This document shows positions 30,341-40,648 of a DNA stretch of 64,000 nt, one piece after another. Position 1 is the stretch's first letter. The number at the start of each line of letters is the position of its first letter. The notes beneath the pieces are model-generated. The model had not been told where the DNA came from and did not search any database. It saw only the letters and a program-made list of their open reading frames with translations. Origin of the DNA: Candidatus Omnitrophota bacterium (GTDB taxonomy: Bacteria; Omnitrophota; Gorgyraeia; JAZDFF01); assembly GCA_043808095.1 (NCBI GenBank), contig JAZDFF010000042.1, positions 137,364 to 201,363 of the forward strand, written 5' to 3'. The translations under genes were made by a program, and so were the position numbers.

Positions 30341-31734
30341 TATAGATTATCCGGCAACCTTGTTTGCTTATTCGAGCCGGTTTGAGCATTACATGCCCTC
30401 ACTATCCCGATTGAGCTGAATATTAAAAAAATCGGAGTCAACATATCTCGGTGTCTAAAGGTAGTCCCGATATTTCCCTCGGTGACTGCTAAAATTGAGC
30501 CAACTATTATAAAAAATACTACGAATAATATAGACTCACGTAATTTTGATTTTACAGTTATAAACATGCCTAAAATAGCAAACGGGGTAAGCATATAAAC
30601 AAAAATCATTTGGAAAAAAGCAAACAATAATGACTTACTTTCTAACCGCCATGGGAACGGCTCAAACATAAGATGAAGCCATCCCTTCCCTAACATTTTA
30701 ATAAACTCATTCCCCGTTATTGTATCGTGACTATCGTAGAATCCTCCCGGAAGAAGCTTGTAACACGCACCTCCGGTAGTAATAAATCCCTTGTGAGAAA
30801 TATATATATCCTGTAAATTTTTCTTTATCAACAATCCTATGCTGCCGTAATTTAAAATGACTAGCAAGAAAACCGTTAGAATAGTAGTAAGTATGATAAT
30901 GGTTCTTGTACCGTAAGAAACACTCGTTATAAAAAGATAAAAAAGGGAGAATAGCAATATTAACATCGTTATATTTAAAAGCTGTTTATGAAAGTAGCTT
31001 TGAAGCCAGACAGATAAGAAAAGTAAAACTATATAAAATAAATTTTTAGACTTTACAAATCTCGTAAATGACCAAAGCATTAAACAAACCAAAAAGATGT
31101 AACAAGTGTCTTTAAGATTAGTTATGGACCATAGAAACAGCGACGGAAACACTACCATAAATATTGCCGATAGTCTTGCTACTCTGAAGCCAAAGATTTC
31201 TTTTGCAGAAAAGTAAACCAAAATAGCGCTGATTGTACCCAAAAAACAATTAATAAATATCGAAGAAATAGGGCTATAACCCAAAAAACTAAAAAAAATG
31301 GCCAAGACATTTAGAAAACCGTTAAAACCGTAAGAAAATTTACCGCACTCAGAGGCTATCAATTTTGCGGTTTCGCCTAAATTTACGCCCGTCCAAAGGC
31401 TACTCATCCAGAAAGCGCGTAAAGTATAATACCCGCTATCATAAAAAATATATGGAGCCGTCCCGGGGAAACCATACATGCCTACATCTACTATCTTCCC
31501 CTTCACGATCGCAAAAAACATGACCAATAAGACCGCCAGGATCCTAGAAATTAAAGCCGCCAGAAATATATTCATCAATAACTTTCGTTCAGAATTTTCG
31601 GGCAGCAATCTGATAAAAAAACAGCTAATTAAACCGGAAAATAAAAGAAAAGATGTCCCGGGAGAAAAAAACAATAATATCCCCAATATAACGCCCATTA
31701 ACATAGTTATGTAAATGTATTTATTGTTTCTCAC
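30340..31734 (-). CDS. polytopic integral membrane protein, possible polymerase or GT-C-like
   Basis: 464 aa with at least 10 TM segments and no diagnostic motif. Its position between GT4 and methyltransferase genes suggests a glycan polymerase role. Confidence 0.35.
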   Translation of the reverse strand: MRNNKYIYITMLMGVILGILLFFSPGTSFLLFSGLISCFFIRLLPENSERKLLMNIFLAALISRILAVLLVMFFAIVKGKIVDVGMYGFPGTAPYIFYDSGYYTLRAFWMSSLWTGVNLGETAKLIASECGKFSYGFNGFLNVLAIFFSFLGYSPISSIFINCFLGTISAILVYFSAKEIFGFRVARLSAIFMVVFPSLFLWSITNLKDTCYIFLVCLMLWSFTRFVKSKNLFYIVLLFLSVWLQSYFHKQLLNITMLILLFSLFYLFITSVSYGTRTIIILTTILTVFLLVILNYGSIGLLIKKNLQDIYISHKGFITTGGACYKLLPGGFYDSHDTITGNEFIKMLGKGWLHLMFEPFPWRLESKSLLFAFFQMIFVYMLTPFAILGMFITVKSKLRESILFVVFFIIVGSILAVTEGNIGTTFRHRDMLTPIFLIFSSIGIVRACNAQTGSNKQTRLPDNL

Positions 31735-32467
31735 CGCTAATAAAATGTAGTGCTAGGAATTTATTCAATATCGGGGCTTCACTCAACATATCTTCTACCT
31801 TAGCCAAATCATGCAATAAATTTACTGCTAACGGTGGGAAAAGCCCATAATTAAACACCCTGATGTTTTTTAGACCGGCATTTCTAAAGGCACTTTTAAG
31901 TTTTTTTTCTGTACAATTCAACATGCCGCGCTCTATCTTCCAGTTTCGCCTAAGAAATAAAAATAGAAAAGGATATAAAAAGGGGTTCCAGGGATTTGGC
32001 TCAAGACAGGCGACTGTCCCCTTGTCCTTCGCCATTGCGGCCATGCGTTTCACTACTGAGGGAAAATCTTTTATATGGTGCAGGGAATGTATGCACAGGA
32101 CAATATCAAATTTCTCTTTTATACCATTGTTCGGATCATCTTTTTCGATGTCTAACTGGCATATTTTTAAGTTTCTATCTAACCCGGATTCCCTGCTAGT
32201 ACGCTCCAAAACATCAAGTGATTTACGCGAAACATCCAGGCCCACGATGCTAAAACCCATCTTTAAAAAATTTATGGTGTATCTGCCTGTGCCACAGCCG
32301 ACCTCAAGCATCTTAACAGCACCGGGCTCTTTTATTCCCAGAGATTTGATAAAAAAATTAAACACACGTTGAAAATGATAGTCCGGCTTCCGATACAACT
32401 GGTCATAATAATCAACCATTTCATCGTAATAAACCTGCTGAATATTCTGATTTGCTCTATCTGGCAT
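31721..32467 (-). CDS. class I SAM-dependent methyltransferase
   Basis: 248 aa. MLEVGCGTGRYT is motif I and FDIVLCIHSLHH follows it. Confidence 0.75.
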   Translation of the reverse strand: MPDRANQNIQQVYYDEMVDYYDQLYRKPDYHFQRVFNFFIKSLGIKEPGAVKMLEVGCGTGRYTINFLKMGFSIVGLDVSRKSLDVLERTSRESGLDRNLKICQLDIEKDDPNNGIKEKFDIVLCIHSLHHIKDFPSVVKRMAAMAKDKGTVACLEPNPWNPFLYPFLFLFLRRNWKIERGMLNCTEKKLKSAFRNAGLKNIRVFNYGLFPPLAVNLLHDLAKVEDMLSEAPILNKFLALHFISGEKQ

Positions 32468-32485
32468 TTTAGATTTTTCTGAAAT

Positions 32486-33550
32486 TTATTTTCCCAGTTG
32501 TGCTCGTATAAATGGGCCGATAAAGTTTCCTACAATCTCGGGCATTGCTATTCTCCAGGCCTTCGTTAGAAAAACCATTCTATCGGAAAGGGGCGTTAAC
32601 GGACTGGGCACGGCAATATTCACACCGGGCTTAAAAAGGTAATAAAAAGAGTAATCGTTAAATTTTACCCCCCATTTAGCCTTAAAGCGGCGCTGCCCTT
32701 CATATCTAGACATCCCAAAATCAAAGAATTTGCATCCATTCTCACAGGCCCATTTGATAAAAGCCCAATGGAGAAAATCAACCGGCCTTTTTTCAAAATT
32801 ATCTACTTCTGAAACGATATGTTGAATAAAAACCCGCTTATTAGTCACGTAACCCTGCAAGGCGGTAGTAATTCTTTTTCCGTCCTTAACAAAGAAGATC
32901 TTCAAATATTTTTGTAAACTGTTGTAACAGTCTAAAAAAAACTTTAATGGCAGCGGCGGAGAACCCATCCTCTTCATGGACTTCAAATAAAGGGGATAAA
33001 AATTACCGCTTAGAGAAGCGATTGTCGTATCTTCAATTAAGTCCAGGCCTGATTTTTCGGATTTACGAATGGCTTTTTTTACCTGATAATCCAGGCTGTT
33101 CTCCCAAAGATCATGAATTGATGTTAACTCAAGTTCGGCATATTGGCCAAATATCGAGTGCTTAAAATTCGTTTGCATAAAATCCTGAGGCATCCCTAAG
33201 CCTGCGTTTATCTCTAAATATGGGACATCGTGCTCCAAGAGAAAGCCCTTAAGATAATTAACTATAAACTCCATCTCAGAACTACTTAAATTTTCGCCCA
33301 TTATCCCCGCGTATTCGGCAAACGGCAATGATAGCGCTTTGTGAAAAAAAAGAGTCTTCAATAAAAAGATCGGAAGGACTGCCTTTATCTCATCATCATT
33401 CTCAAATATTAAGTAAAAGCTTCTATCTCTATAAAATTTTTCCAGGACATCTTTAAAACCTGACAGGTGATAAAAGCGCACGAAAGAATTCTTTAGAACA
33501 AAATCATCCCATCTTTGCCTATCGCCTTCTCTAAATTCAGATACCTTCAT
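32486..33550 (-). CDS. FemAB-like / GNAT-fold acyltransferase (Acetyltransf_6-like, EPS-locus type)
   Basis: 354 aa. The size, the C-terminal WGVKFNDY region and a position next to a CE4 deacetylase resemble PEP-CTERM-locus FemAB-related proteins. Confidence 0.45.
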   Translation of the reverse strand: MKVSEFREGDRQRWDDFVLKNSFVRFYHLSGFKDVLEKFYRDRSFYLIFENDDEIKAVLPIFLLKTLFFHKALSLPFAEYAGIMGENLSSSEMEFIVNYLKGFLLEHDVPYLEINAGLGMPQDFMQTNFKHSIFGQYAELELTSIHDLWENSLDYQVKKAIRKSEKSGLDLIEDTTIASLSGNFYPLYLKSMKRMGSPPLPLKFFLDCYNSLQKYLKIFFVKDGKRITTALQGYVTNKRVFIQHIVSEVDNFEKRPVDFLHWAFIKWACENGCKFFDFGMSRYEGQRRFKAKWGVKFNDYSFYYLFKPGVNIAVPSPLTPLSDRMVFLTKAWRIAMPEIVGNFIGPFIRAQLGK

Positions 33551-34368
33551 TTTAAACTAATCGTATGCGCTACTTCGCTTAATGAGCTAAACTTAAAATC
33601 AGACAATAATTGTAATATCTTTTTTTTCATCCTGCCCTTTCCGAATTTAAGTATAAAATTCTCTTTTACAGAACCAGGGCAAGCGTAATTATATTCGTCC
33701 ACTTCGTGAGGGTGTAGATAAACCATGCAGGGATATCCCCTTTGATTAAGAGACCTTATGGCCCATTTTGTCCAAAAGTAAGGAAAGACCCGTAAGAAAA
33801 ATCCCCCTCCCACCGGTATATTTCTGCCCAGAACTCTTATAGTAGAACCGGGAAACTCCAGCAAATCCTTTTTAACCAAATGAGGGATTACCGGTTCATC
33901 CGGAATTCCATAAAGAAAGTTTTTAGTCGGATAAATGCTTGAGTCATACAACAATCCGTTCTTTTGCAGGATATCTATGGCCCAGAGTGATTCTTCAGTA
34001 ACCGACCAATAAGGCGCCCGGAAGCTGAGGACCTTTTTATGGAGGATGCCCTCGATTATCTTTAACGATTTAATTAAATCTTGCTCAAACTCATCGGGAG
34101 TTAAAGTATATAACAATTTGTGTTGATAGCCGTGACTGCCTATCTCATGGCCTTTTTTATCTATTTTAATAAGAATTTCTGGCAGCCTTTCCGCAATACA
34201 ACCAAGGACAAAAAAAGTGGCTTTTATATTTCTGTCTGCCAATATTTCCAATATGGCATCGAGATTATCTAAAATCCTGGTGTTTTGGCAAGACCAGTGA
34301 TTGTTTTCAGAAAAATTTATCCGAGAGTGCTGCCAATCTTCGATATCTACTGTAAATACATTTACCAT
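33547..34368 (-). CDS. polysaccharide deacetylase (CE4 family; TVDIEDW subtype)
   Basis: 273 aa with the N-terminal FTVDIEDWQH motif, ATFFVLG and HGYQH. Confidence 0.75.
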   Translation of the reverse strand: MVNVFTVDIEDWQHSRINFSENNHWSCQNTRILDNLDAILEILADRNIKATFFVLGCIAERLPEILIKIDKKGHEIGSHGYQHKLLYTLTPDEFEQDLIKSLKIIEGILHKKVLSFRAPYWSVTEESLWAIDILQKNGLLYDSSIYPTKNFLYGIPDEPVIPHLVKKDLLEFPGSTIRVLGRNIPVGGGFFLRVFPYFWTKWAIRSLNQRGYPCMVYLHPHEVDEYNYACPGSVKENFILKFGKGRMKKKILQLLSDFKFSSLSEVAHTISLK

Positions 34369-34374
34369 CTTCGC

Positions 34375-35058
34375 CTATTTTGTGAAACGCAATTTAATGA
34401 TTGATTGTAACGCCCTAAACCCTTCTCCCCAGTGTAATTTTTTACCTTCGCTTCTGCTGCGGGGAATATATCGTATAGGAATTTCTACAATCCTCTCTCT
34501 ATTTTTTATTAAATTTATGGTTATTTCGGCCTCTATTTCAAAACCCTTGCTGTTTAGGTCCAGTTTTTCCCAGGCATCCCTTACGAAAACTTTATAACAG
34601 GTGGCCATGTCCGAGAGTTTAGTAAAGAATAATAAATTAAGGACCCAGGTTACGGTTTTATTCCCAAGATAATTTTTAATCCGCGTCAGGCCTCGGCCAT
34701 ATAAAAACCTCGAGCCATACACAACCCTTACATGCTCTTCGAGAATAGGCCTTAAAAGACGGGGATATTCTATCGGATTTACTTCTAAGTCCGCGTCTTG
34801 AATTAAGAATATATCGCCGCTTGCCTCTTTAAAGCCCCTTATAATTGCAGCGCCCTTACCCTCTCTCTTTTCCTCGAAAATAAATTTTATGTGTCTGTTT
34901 TTTAATGACTTAAGAATTTCTTTTGTGCCGTCTGTAGAACAACCATCGACAATAATGACCTCCTTCTCCATATTAATATCCACACTGTCGATACGCCTCA
35001 GGACCTCGAGTATGGTATTTTTCTCGTTGTATACAGGAACTACTATGGATAATTTCAT
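34375..35058 (-). CDS. GT2 glycosyltransferase (DPM1-like, soluble)
   Basis: 227 aa with LSIVVPVYNE, IIVDGCSTDGT and IQDADLE (DxD). Confidence 0.8.
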   Translation of the reverse strand: MKLSIVVPVYNEKNTILEVLRRIDSVDINMEKEVIIVDGCSTDGTKEILKSLKNRHIKFIFEEKREGKGAAIIRGFKEASGDIFLIQDADLEVNPIEYPRLLRPILEEHVRVVYGSRFLYGRGLTRIKNYLGNKTVTWVLNLLFFTKLSDMATCYKVFVRDAWEKLDLNSKGFEIEAEITINLIKNRERIVEIPIRYIPRSRSEGKKLHWGEGFRALQSIIKLRFTK

Positions 35059-35071
35059 TTATAGATTATAA

Positions 35072-35779
35072 TTATGGCTCTGACCATTTCTTTAGCTTAA
35101 TATTTGCTTCTTCAATATGATCGATATGTTCTACGGCTAGCCAGTATTCCTTAAAATTATAATTGCCGATTTTTTTACTTTTCTTAACCAAGAGCGTTGC
35201 TAACTCAGGCATGGAAAAATTTGTGCCGCTAGGTATATATTTCAGGACATTGCTTTTGATTAGATAAATTCCTGTATTGACTATATGATACGCCCTGGGT
35301 TTTTCCTCTATTCCTACAACCTTATCCTTATCAAATTTGAGCACTCCGTAACTTAATTTGCTGCTGATTCTCTTTGTGGCGATTGTAATACTTAATTTAT
35401 TCTTCTTATGGTGCAAAATGAACTTATGAAAATTTAGTTTTGTAAGGATATCGCCGTTCATCAGTAAAAATGATTCTTCTTTTTGAAACTTGAACCTTCT
35501 TCTGATTAAGGAAAGCGCCCCTGCCGTTCCTAACGGCATATTTTCCTCAAGGTAAGATATCTTTACGCCGAGTTTAGAGCCGTCTTGAAAATATGTTTGA
35601 ATAAGGTCTGCCCGGTAACCTACTAAAAAAATAAATTCATTAAAACCGAACTTTTTAAGCCTATTAATAATAATCTCTAAAATAGGTTTCTCTCCAATAG
35701 GGATTAAAGGTTTTGGTATAGCAAATGTCAACGGCCTCAAGCGGGTCCCTAAGCCACCTGCCAAAATAACAGCTTTCAT
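35072..35779 (-). CDS. sugar-1-phosphate nucleotidyltransferase (NDP-sugar pyrophosphorylase)
   Basis: 235 aa. MKAVILAGGLGTRLRPLT..PKPLIPI is the canonical NTP_transferase N-terminus. Confidence 0.85.
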   Translation of the reverse strand: MKAVILAGGLGTRLRPLTFAIPKPLIPIGEKPILEIIINRLKKFGFNEFIFLVGYRADLIQTYFQDGSKLGVKISYLEENMPLGTAGALSLIRRRFKFQKEESFLLMNGDILTKLNFHKFILHHKKNKLSITIATKRISSKLSYGVLKFDKDKVVGIEEKPRAYHIVNTGIYLIKSNVLKYIPSGTNFSMPELATLLVKKSKKIGNYNFKEYWLAVEHIDHIEEANIKLKKWSEP

Positions 35780-35788
35780 TTTAGCTCC

Positions 35789-36781
35789 TTAAATTTTATA
35801 AGCCTGCGGTTCGTATAAATCTATATTTTCTTTAATCCAACTGACGGTCTTTTTAAGCCCTTCATCGAGAGAAATGCCGGGCTCCCACTTAAGCAGGCGG
35901 CGCGCCTTAGAATTATCCGAGCATAACCTTCCTACTTCGCTTTTTTTCGGTCTCATTCTCGCCTTATCTGCCAAAATTCTGGTATGTTTATTCCCGACAA
36001 TGGATATTATTTTATCGGTTAAATCTGCGATAGAAATTTCAAATCCGGTGCCCAGGTTGATTGCCTGGCCAATCGCCTTTTCACATTCAGCGACTTTTAT
36101 GAACCCTTCCGCAGTATCTGTCACATAAGTAAAATCTCGGGTAGGAAAAACAGAGCCGATATGCACTGAATTACCGGTAAGTATCTGTGCAATAATAGTA
36201 GGAATGATTGCGCGAGCTGATTGCCGCGGTCCGTATGTGTTAAACGGCCTGATAATGGAAACCGGTAGATTGAACGAATTATAAAAACTTAAACCTAACA
36301 TGTCGGCGGAAATTTTACTTGCCGAATAAGGAGATTGCGGCTGCAGGGGATGGTTTTCATCTATAGGGACATACCTGGCTGTTCCGTATGTTTCACTGGT
36401 GGATGTAAGGATGACTTTATCTACTTGCAGCTCCAGTCCTCCTGTAAGGACATTGAGCGTCCCCAGGCAGTTGGTCTCAAAGACCTCGCGCGGATGAACA
36501 TAAGAATACGGGATCCCCGCCAACGCACAAAGATGAAAGATAATTCTTGTTCCTTTTATTGCCTCTTTGACGCTCTGCAGTTCCCGGATATCTCCCCGTA
36601 TTATCTCAATCTTCTTGAACTGATTTTGAGGAAGAAAAACTAAATTTCCGAGATCTCCCTGGGAGTCATAACGTATAAAAGCCCTCACCTTGACGCCTAA
36701 ATCTAACAGCCTCTGTACAAGATGACTGCCTATAAAGCCAGCCGCGCCCGTAACCAAAACCTGCTTATTTTTCCATTTCAT
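35789..36781 (-). CDS. NAD-dependent epimerase/dehydratase (extended SDR), NDP-sugar 4,6-dehydratase/UXS-like
   Basis: 330 aa with VLVTGAAGFIGSHL, ILTSTSETYG, YSASK and FNTYGPRQ. Confidence 0.75.
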   Translation of the reverse strand: MKWKNKQVLVTGAAGFIGSHLVQRLLDLGVKVRAFIRYDSQGDLGNLVFLPQNQFKKIEIIRGDIRELQSVKEAIKGTRIIFHLCALAGIPYSYVHPREVFETNCLGTLNVLTGGLELQVDKVILTSTSETYGTARYVPIDENHPLQPQSPYSASKISADMLGLSFYNSFNLPVSIIRPFNTYGPRQSARAIIPTIIAQILTGNSVHIGSVFPTRDFTYVTDTAEGFIKVAECEKAIGQAINLGTGFEISIADLTDKIISIVGNKHTRILADKARMRPKKSEVGRLCSDNSKARRLLKWEPGISLDEGLKKTVSWIKENIDLYEPQAYKI

Positions 36782-36785
36782 TGTT

Positions 36786-38081
36786 TTATTTCCTTTCCTT
36801 TTTCATAATAATTACTTTTGCTAAACCTTGAATTCCCAAAACTGCAAAAATTATTTCATATGGAATTGCCGGGATGCTGTAACGACTTATCGCCAATACA
36901 ATTATGTGGAATATAGTGGTATAAAAGAATATGAGTAATAAAGGCATGGTTCTGGTCCAATTATAAAAACTATAGATGATCCCGATCACGGCCAAAATAA
37001 ATGTTAAAAAAGTGAGCGCTAAAATACACAATTTCCAAATAAAGACAAAAGGCCGCTTTTTTAATAATTCAGGATTTTTGAAAAAGGCTGAGAACTTGAT
37101 ATCCCCAATCGTAAAGCAAGTGGAATGTGTCCCTACCCAAAGACGTAAAATATTACGAGGAAATAACGCTATGTAGCCGAATGGGTGGTCTTGGATATTC
37201 TTTAGTCCCTCCAAATAAAGCCTCCTATCCCATTTTACGGGTTCCTGCTCCCGATTAATTCCTTCAGTCTTAATCTTCTCAAGTACCGATGCAAACGCCT
37301 TCTGGGCGAGATCGCTATCAGAATCGCCTTTTGCCGGGACATATGTCCCGAACCAAAAAACCCGCCCCCCCATGTTAGTCAATGGCTGAATTGCCCCTGA
37401 AACAAGATAAAGCCGTATCATCCATGGGCTAATAGTAACGATTACGCCTAAACAAAGAGCAAGGAAATAACCAACGATTTTTAATTTACTCTTTATTATG
37501 AAAATCAAGCCAAGAAGAATAAACAACGGAAAAAATAAACCGGTTGACCGGCATAGTAGGCCTAGCCCGAATACAACTCCCGTAAGGAAAAATAACCACC
37601 AATTCGACTTTCTAAATGAAAGTGTCAACAGCAAAATCCCCAAAGCTATCAAAAAGGTATAAAAACACTCGGTTAATAAATGACTAACCGTGGAAAACAT
37701 CACGGGATGGCTTGCCACAAGCAGGGAACTCCAAAAACCGATTCTTTCATCAAAAATCAGTTCTGCTATTCTAAAGATTATTAAACAAGTAATTGCAAAA
37801 ATAATTGCCTGGACTATCCTAACAATATTGTAGTTTATGCCAAAAACTTTATATATACCTGCAAGAAAAAGAGGATAAAGCGGGTTGACTGCCTGTATAC
37901 GGTTTAAAGTTGTTGAAGCAAAACCCCTGCCGGCTGCCACTTCCTGTGCAATTTCACTGTAAGCCTGGGCATCCATGAATACAGGCCCCGGCCGCAGGAT
38001 TGAAATGGATATTCCTGCCGTCAAAGCCAAGATTAGAACAATAAATTGGCGCCTTCTTCTTTTAGCCGACATGAAGTTCAT
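36786..38081 (-). CDS. GT-C fold glycosyltransferase, GT39/PMT_2 (ArnT-like)
   Basis: 431 aa and polytopic. It has the first-loop motif MDAQAYSEIAQEVAAG and overlaps rSAM4 by 4 nt. Confidence 0.6.
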   Translation of the reverse strand: MNFMSAKRRRRQFIVLILALTAGISISILRPGPVFMDAQAYSEIAQEVAAGRGFASTTLNRIQAVNPLYPLFLAGIYKVFGINYNIVRIVQAIIFAITCLIIFRIAELIFDERIGFWSSLLVASHPVMFSTVSHLLTECFYTFLIALGILLLTLSFRKSNWWLFFLTGVVFGLGLLCRSTGLFFPLFILLGLIFIIKSKLKIVGYFLALCLGVIVTISPWMIRLYLVSGAIQPLTNMGGRVFWFGTYVPAKGDSDSDLAQKAFASVLEKIKTEGINREQEPVKWDRRLYLEGLKNIQDHPFGYIALFPRNILRLWVGTHSTCFTIGDIKFSAFFKNPELLKKRPFVFIWKLCILALTFLTFILAVIGIIYSFYNWTRTMPLLLIFFYTTIFHIIVLAISRYSIPAIPYEIIFAVLGIQGLAKVIIMKKERK

Positions 38082-39502
38082 CTGCCTTTTATATATAGTA
38101 ATATTACTCTGAATAAACTATTGATCTTAAAGGTAAAAAGCCTCCCGTGATAAAAAACATCAGACAGATCCCCGAACAAGCGAAAAATAAAATTATTTCT
38201 GACACAGAAAAGTTTTTCGCACAAACCGATAAAGCGCGGGTTTCTGGCCAAAAAACTAAAAAAGCACCTCAAATTTTCGATTTTGTTTTTTTCTATTTCG
38301 TCCTTAAATATCAAAAACGAGTGATAATAATAGCTATCTGAATTGTTGCGCTCGCCGTCTTTATAATAACCATGCTCAACTGCATATCTATGCAATTCCG
38401 TCTTGGGGAAAGGATAAAAAATTGAGCAATTTGCATAATCCGGCTTAACCTGGCAATTAAGTAAGAGCGTTTCTTTTGCCATTTCATAGGTCTCGCCCGG
38501 CAGACCGATGATATTTTCGGTATAAACCTTAAGCGAATACTTTTTCAGCAGTTTCATCGAATTTATTATGGTCTCTTGCCCCATATTTCTCTTCATCAAT
38601 TTATTGCGGACAAAATCTGTCCCGGCCTCAATTCCGACAGTCACGGAAAAACAACCCGACTCCTTAAGCATCCTGACTATTTCTTCAGAACAATTATCAA
38701 GGCGCATAATGACAGAATAAGGTAAACTCACCCTCCTTTTAAACTCTGCGGTAAACTCACTCAGCCAGTCCTTATTTAGAACAAAAACGTCATCAAGAAA
38801 AAGCACCTGGTCTAATCTGGAAGTTTCCTTGACTTCTAAAATTTCATCAATAACATGGCCAACAGTCCTGGAGCGGTAAATATTCTTATGTTGATAAAGT
38901 TCGTTAAATTTATGGTTAAAACAATAGGTGCAAGTATAAGGACAGCCCCGATGGGCAATAAAATGTTTTTTGCCAAAGTTTTTAAGGGCGGGCTCAATTT
39001 CGTAATAGATCTCGCGATCGGCAACCCCCAGACTGTCTAATTCCAACGATAAGGCCCTGACGTTGTTTCTGGAAATCGCCTTATCGTTTTTTACCCAAAA
39101 ATTTGCTACGTTTTCAGGCATTCTTCCGGTTTGACTAAATCTATCCAGAAATTCAACAAAAGCCAACTCTCCCTCTCCGCGGCAAATAGCATCAATATCT
39201 TTATCGGCCTCGATGACATCCGGCATAAAGGTAGGGTGCGGCCCTCCCAAAATACTAATCGCTTTAATAACCCCGCGTAATTGCCGGTTAAAATTGATGT
39301 AATAATCCTCCTCTCCGGTATAGACGCTGAAAGCCAAAATTTTGGGATTAAAATTCTTTATTTTTTTAATAGCTGAATCAAAATCATGGCCAATTTCAAA
39401 CAGCTTGACTTCATGGCCTGCCCTCTTTAAGTTATAAGAAAGATAGGCTATGCCTAAATTAGGTAAAATCCTTATTTTTTTAATACCAAAGGCTACTTTC
39501 AC
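38078..39502 (-). CDS. B12-binding domain radical SAM protein (class B rSAM) paralog 4
   Basis: 474 aa with ILAFSVYT, SILGGPHPTFMP, HRGCPYTCTYCF and FYPFPKTEL. Confidence 0.85.
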   Translation of the reverse strand: MKVAFGIKKIRILPNLGIAYLSYNLKRAGHEVKLFEIGHDFDSAIKKIKNFNPKILAFSVYTGEEDYYINFNRQLRGVIKAISILGGPHPTFMPDVIEADKDIDAICRGEGELAFVEFLDRFSQTGRMPENVANFWVKNDKAISRNNVRALSLELDSLGVADREIYYEIEPALKNFGKKHFIAHRGCPYTCTYCFNHKFNELYQHKNIYRSRTVGHVIDEILEVKETSRLDQVLFLDDVFVLNKDWLSEFTAEFKRRVSLPYSVIMRLDNCSEEIVRMLKESGCFSVTVGIEAGTDFVRNKLMKRNMGQETIINSMKLLKKYSLKVYTENIIGLPGETYEMAKETLLLNCQVKPDYANCSIFYPFPKTELHRYAVEHGYYKDGERNNSDSYYYHSFLIFKDEIEKNKIENLRCFFSFLARNPRFIGLCEKLFCVRNNFIFRLFGDLSDVFYHGRLFTFKINSLFRVILLYIKGR

Positions 39503-40611
39503 GATACCCGATTATCTGGTCTAGGAAACTTTACAATATCATAAAGGGCCTCTAATAATTTAGGGGTGGCCTTTTCATATGAGTAAGAATTTTCTGCCAT
39601 TTGACGGCCTCTTCTACCCATAGATACCCTTAAATTCTCATCTTCAATAAGGCGCGTTATGTACCCTAGCCACTCTTCTTTATTACTGGCCAAAAAACCA
39701 TTAACGCCCTGCTGGATCAACTCACTATTAATCCCTACAGGCGATGCCACGCAAGGAATGCCAACAGCCATGTATTGAAGCAATTTATATCCGCCTTTAC
39801 TTCTTGTCCATTCACTGTCGTCTAAAGGCATTATGCCGATATCAAAATTCTGTAAATCTGCCACCTCTGTATCAAGTGACCATTTTTTAGCGACAATATT
39901 ATCTACTTTTAGCTGAAAAGGGTTTGATTTCAAACCGACTAACTCAATCACTAGATGACTGTATTTTGCTTTAAGAATTTTAAATACTTCCGATAGCTGT
40001 TCTAAATAAACAGAGGTCGAAGGACTGCCGATCCAGCCCAAGACTACCTCATCTTTTTTAAAACCTTTTTCCCGGGGCATGTATCGCTGTGTATCAATCG
40101 GGCCGGTAATTAATAGGATATTTTTATTGAATTTATTAGCATATGCCTTTGTATATTCGTTCTCTAAGACTATGCATTTGCTGGATTTCAAGATATGTTC
40201 CAGTCGAGGTAAATACTTACCATTTCCGGAAAACGTGTTTTTTTTGCCGTTATTTACCTTGTCAAATAGATAAATGGCATCATCAAAATCAAAAACAATA
40301 TTATTGTTTAACTTAAAAATGAACTTCTGTAACCATACCGCAAGTAATACCCTCTGGATAAATAAAATGTCGCTCTCCCGAACTGAAAAAATAAATAAAA
40401 TAACTTTTAGGAAACTATAAAATTTAGCAAAAATTTTGCTTATCAAAGACTCACTTTGTTTACTGATTACTTTTCTGAATTGCCAGGAAGGTATTTGAGA
40501 AATTACCTTATATTCAATACCCCTACTTCTTAAGTATGGGAGGTATTGATATACCCTGCTGCGGCTACTTGCTACCTCCTCGTTTCCTATGGTAAAAAAC
40601 AGAATCTTCAT
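39499..40611 (-). CDS. GT4-family glycosyltransferase (paralog of 27137..28210)
   Basis: 370 aa. MKILFFTIGNEEVASSRSRVYQYLPYL and GIPCVASPVGINSELIQQGVNGFLA are shared with the 27137..28210 protein. Confidence 0.8.
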   Translation of the reverse strand: MKILFFTIGNEEVASSRSRVYQYLPYLRSRGIEYKVISQIPSWQFRKVISKQSESLISKIFAKFYSFLKVILFIFSVRESDILFIQRVLLAVWLQKFIFKLNNNIVFDFDDAIYLFDKVNNGKKNTFSGNGKYLPRLEHILKSSKCIVLENEYTKAYANKFNKNILLITGPIDTQRYMPREKGFKKDEVVLGWIGSPSTSVYLEQLSEVFKILKAKYSHLVIELVGLKSNPFQLKVDNIVAKKWSLDTEVADLQNFDIGIMPLDDSEWTRSKGGYKLLQYMAVGIPCVASPVGINSELIQQGVNGFLASNKEEWLGYITRLIEDENLRVSMGRRGRQMAENSYSYEKATPKLLEALYDIVKFPRPDNRVS

Positions 40612-40648
40612 AATTCAATAATTGAAAATTTTACTCCTTGTGCCTTCT

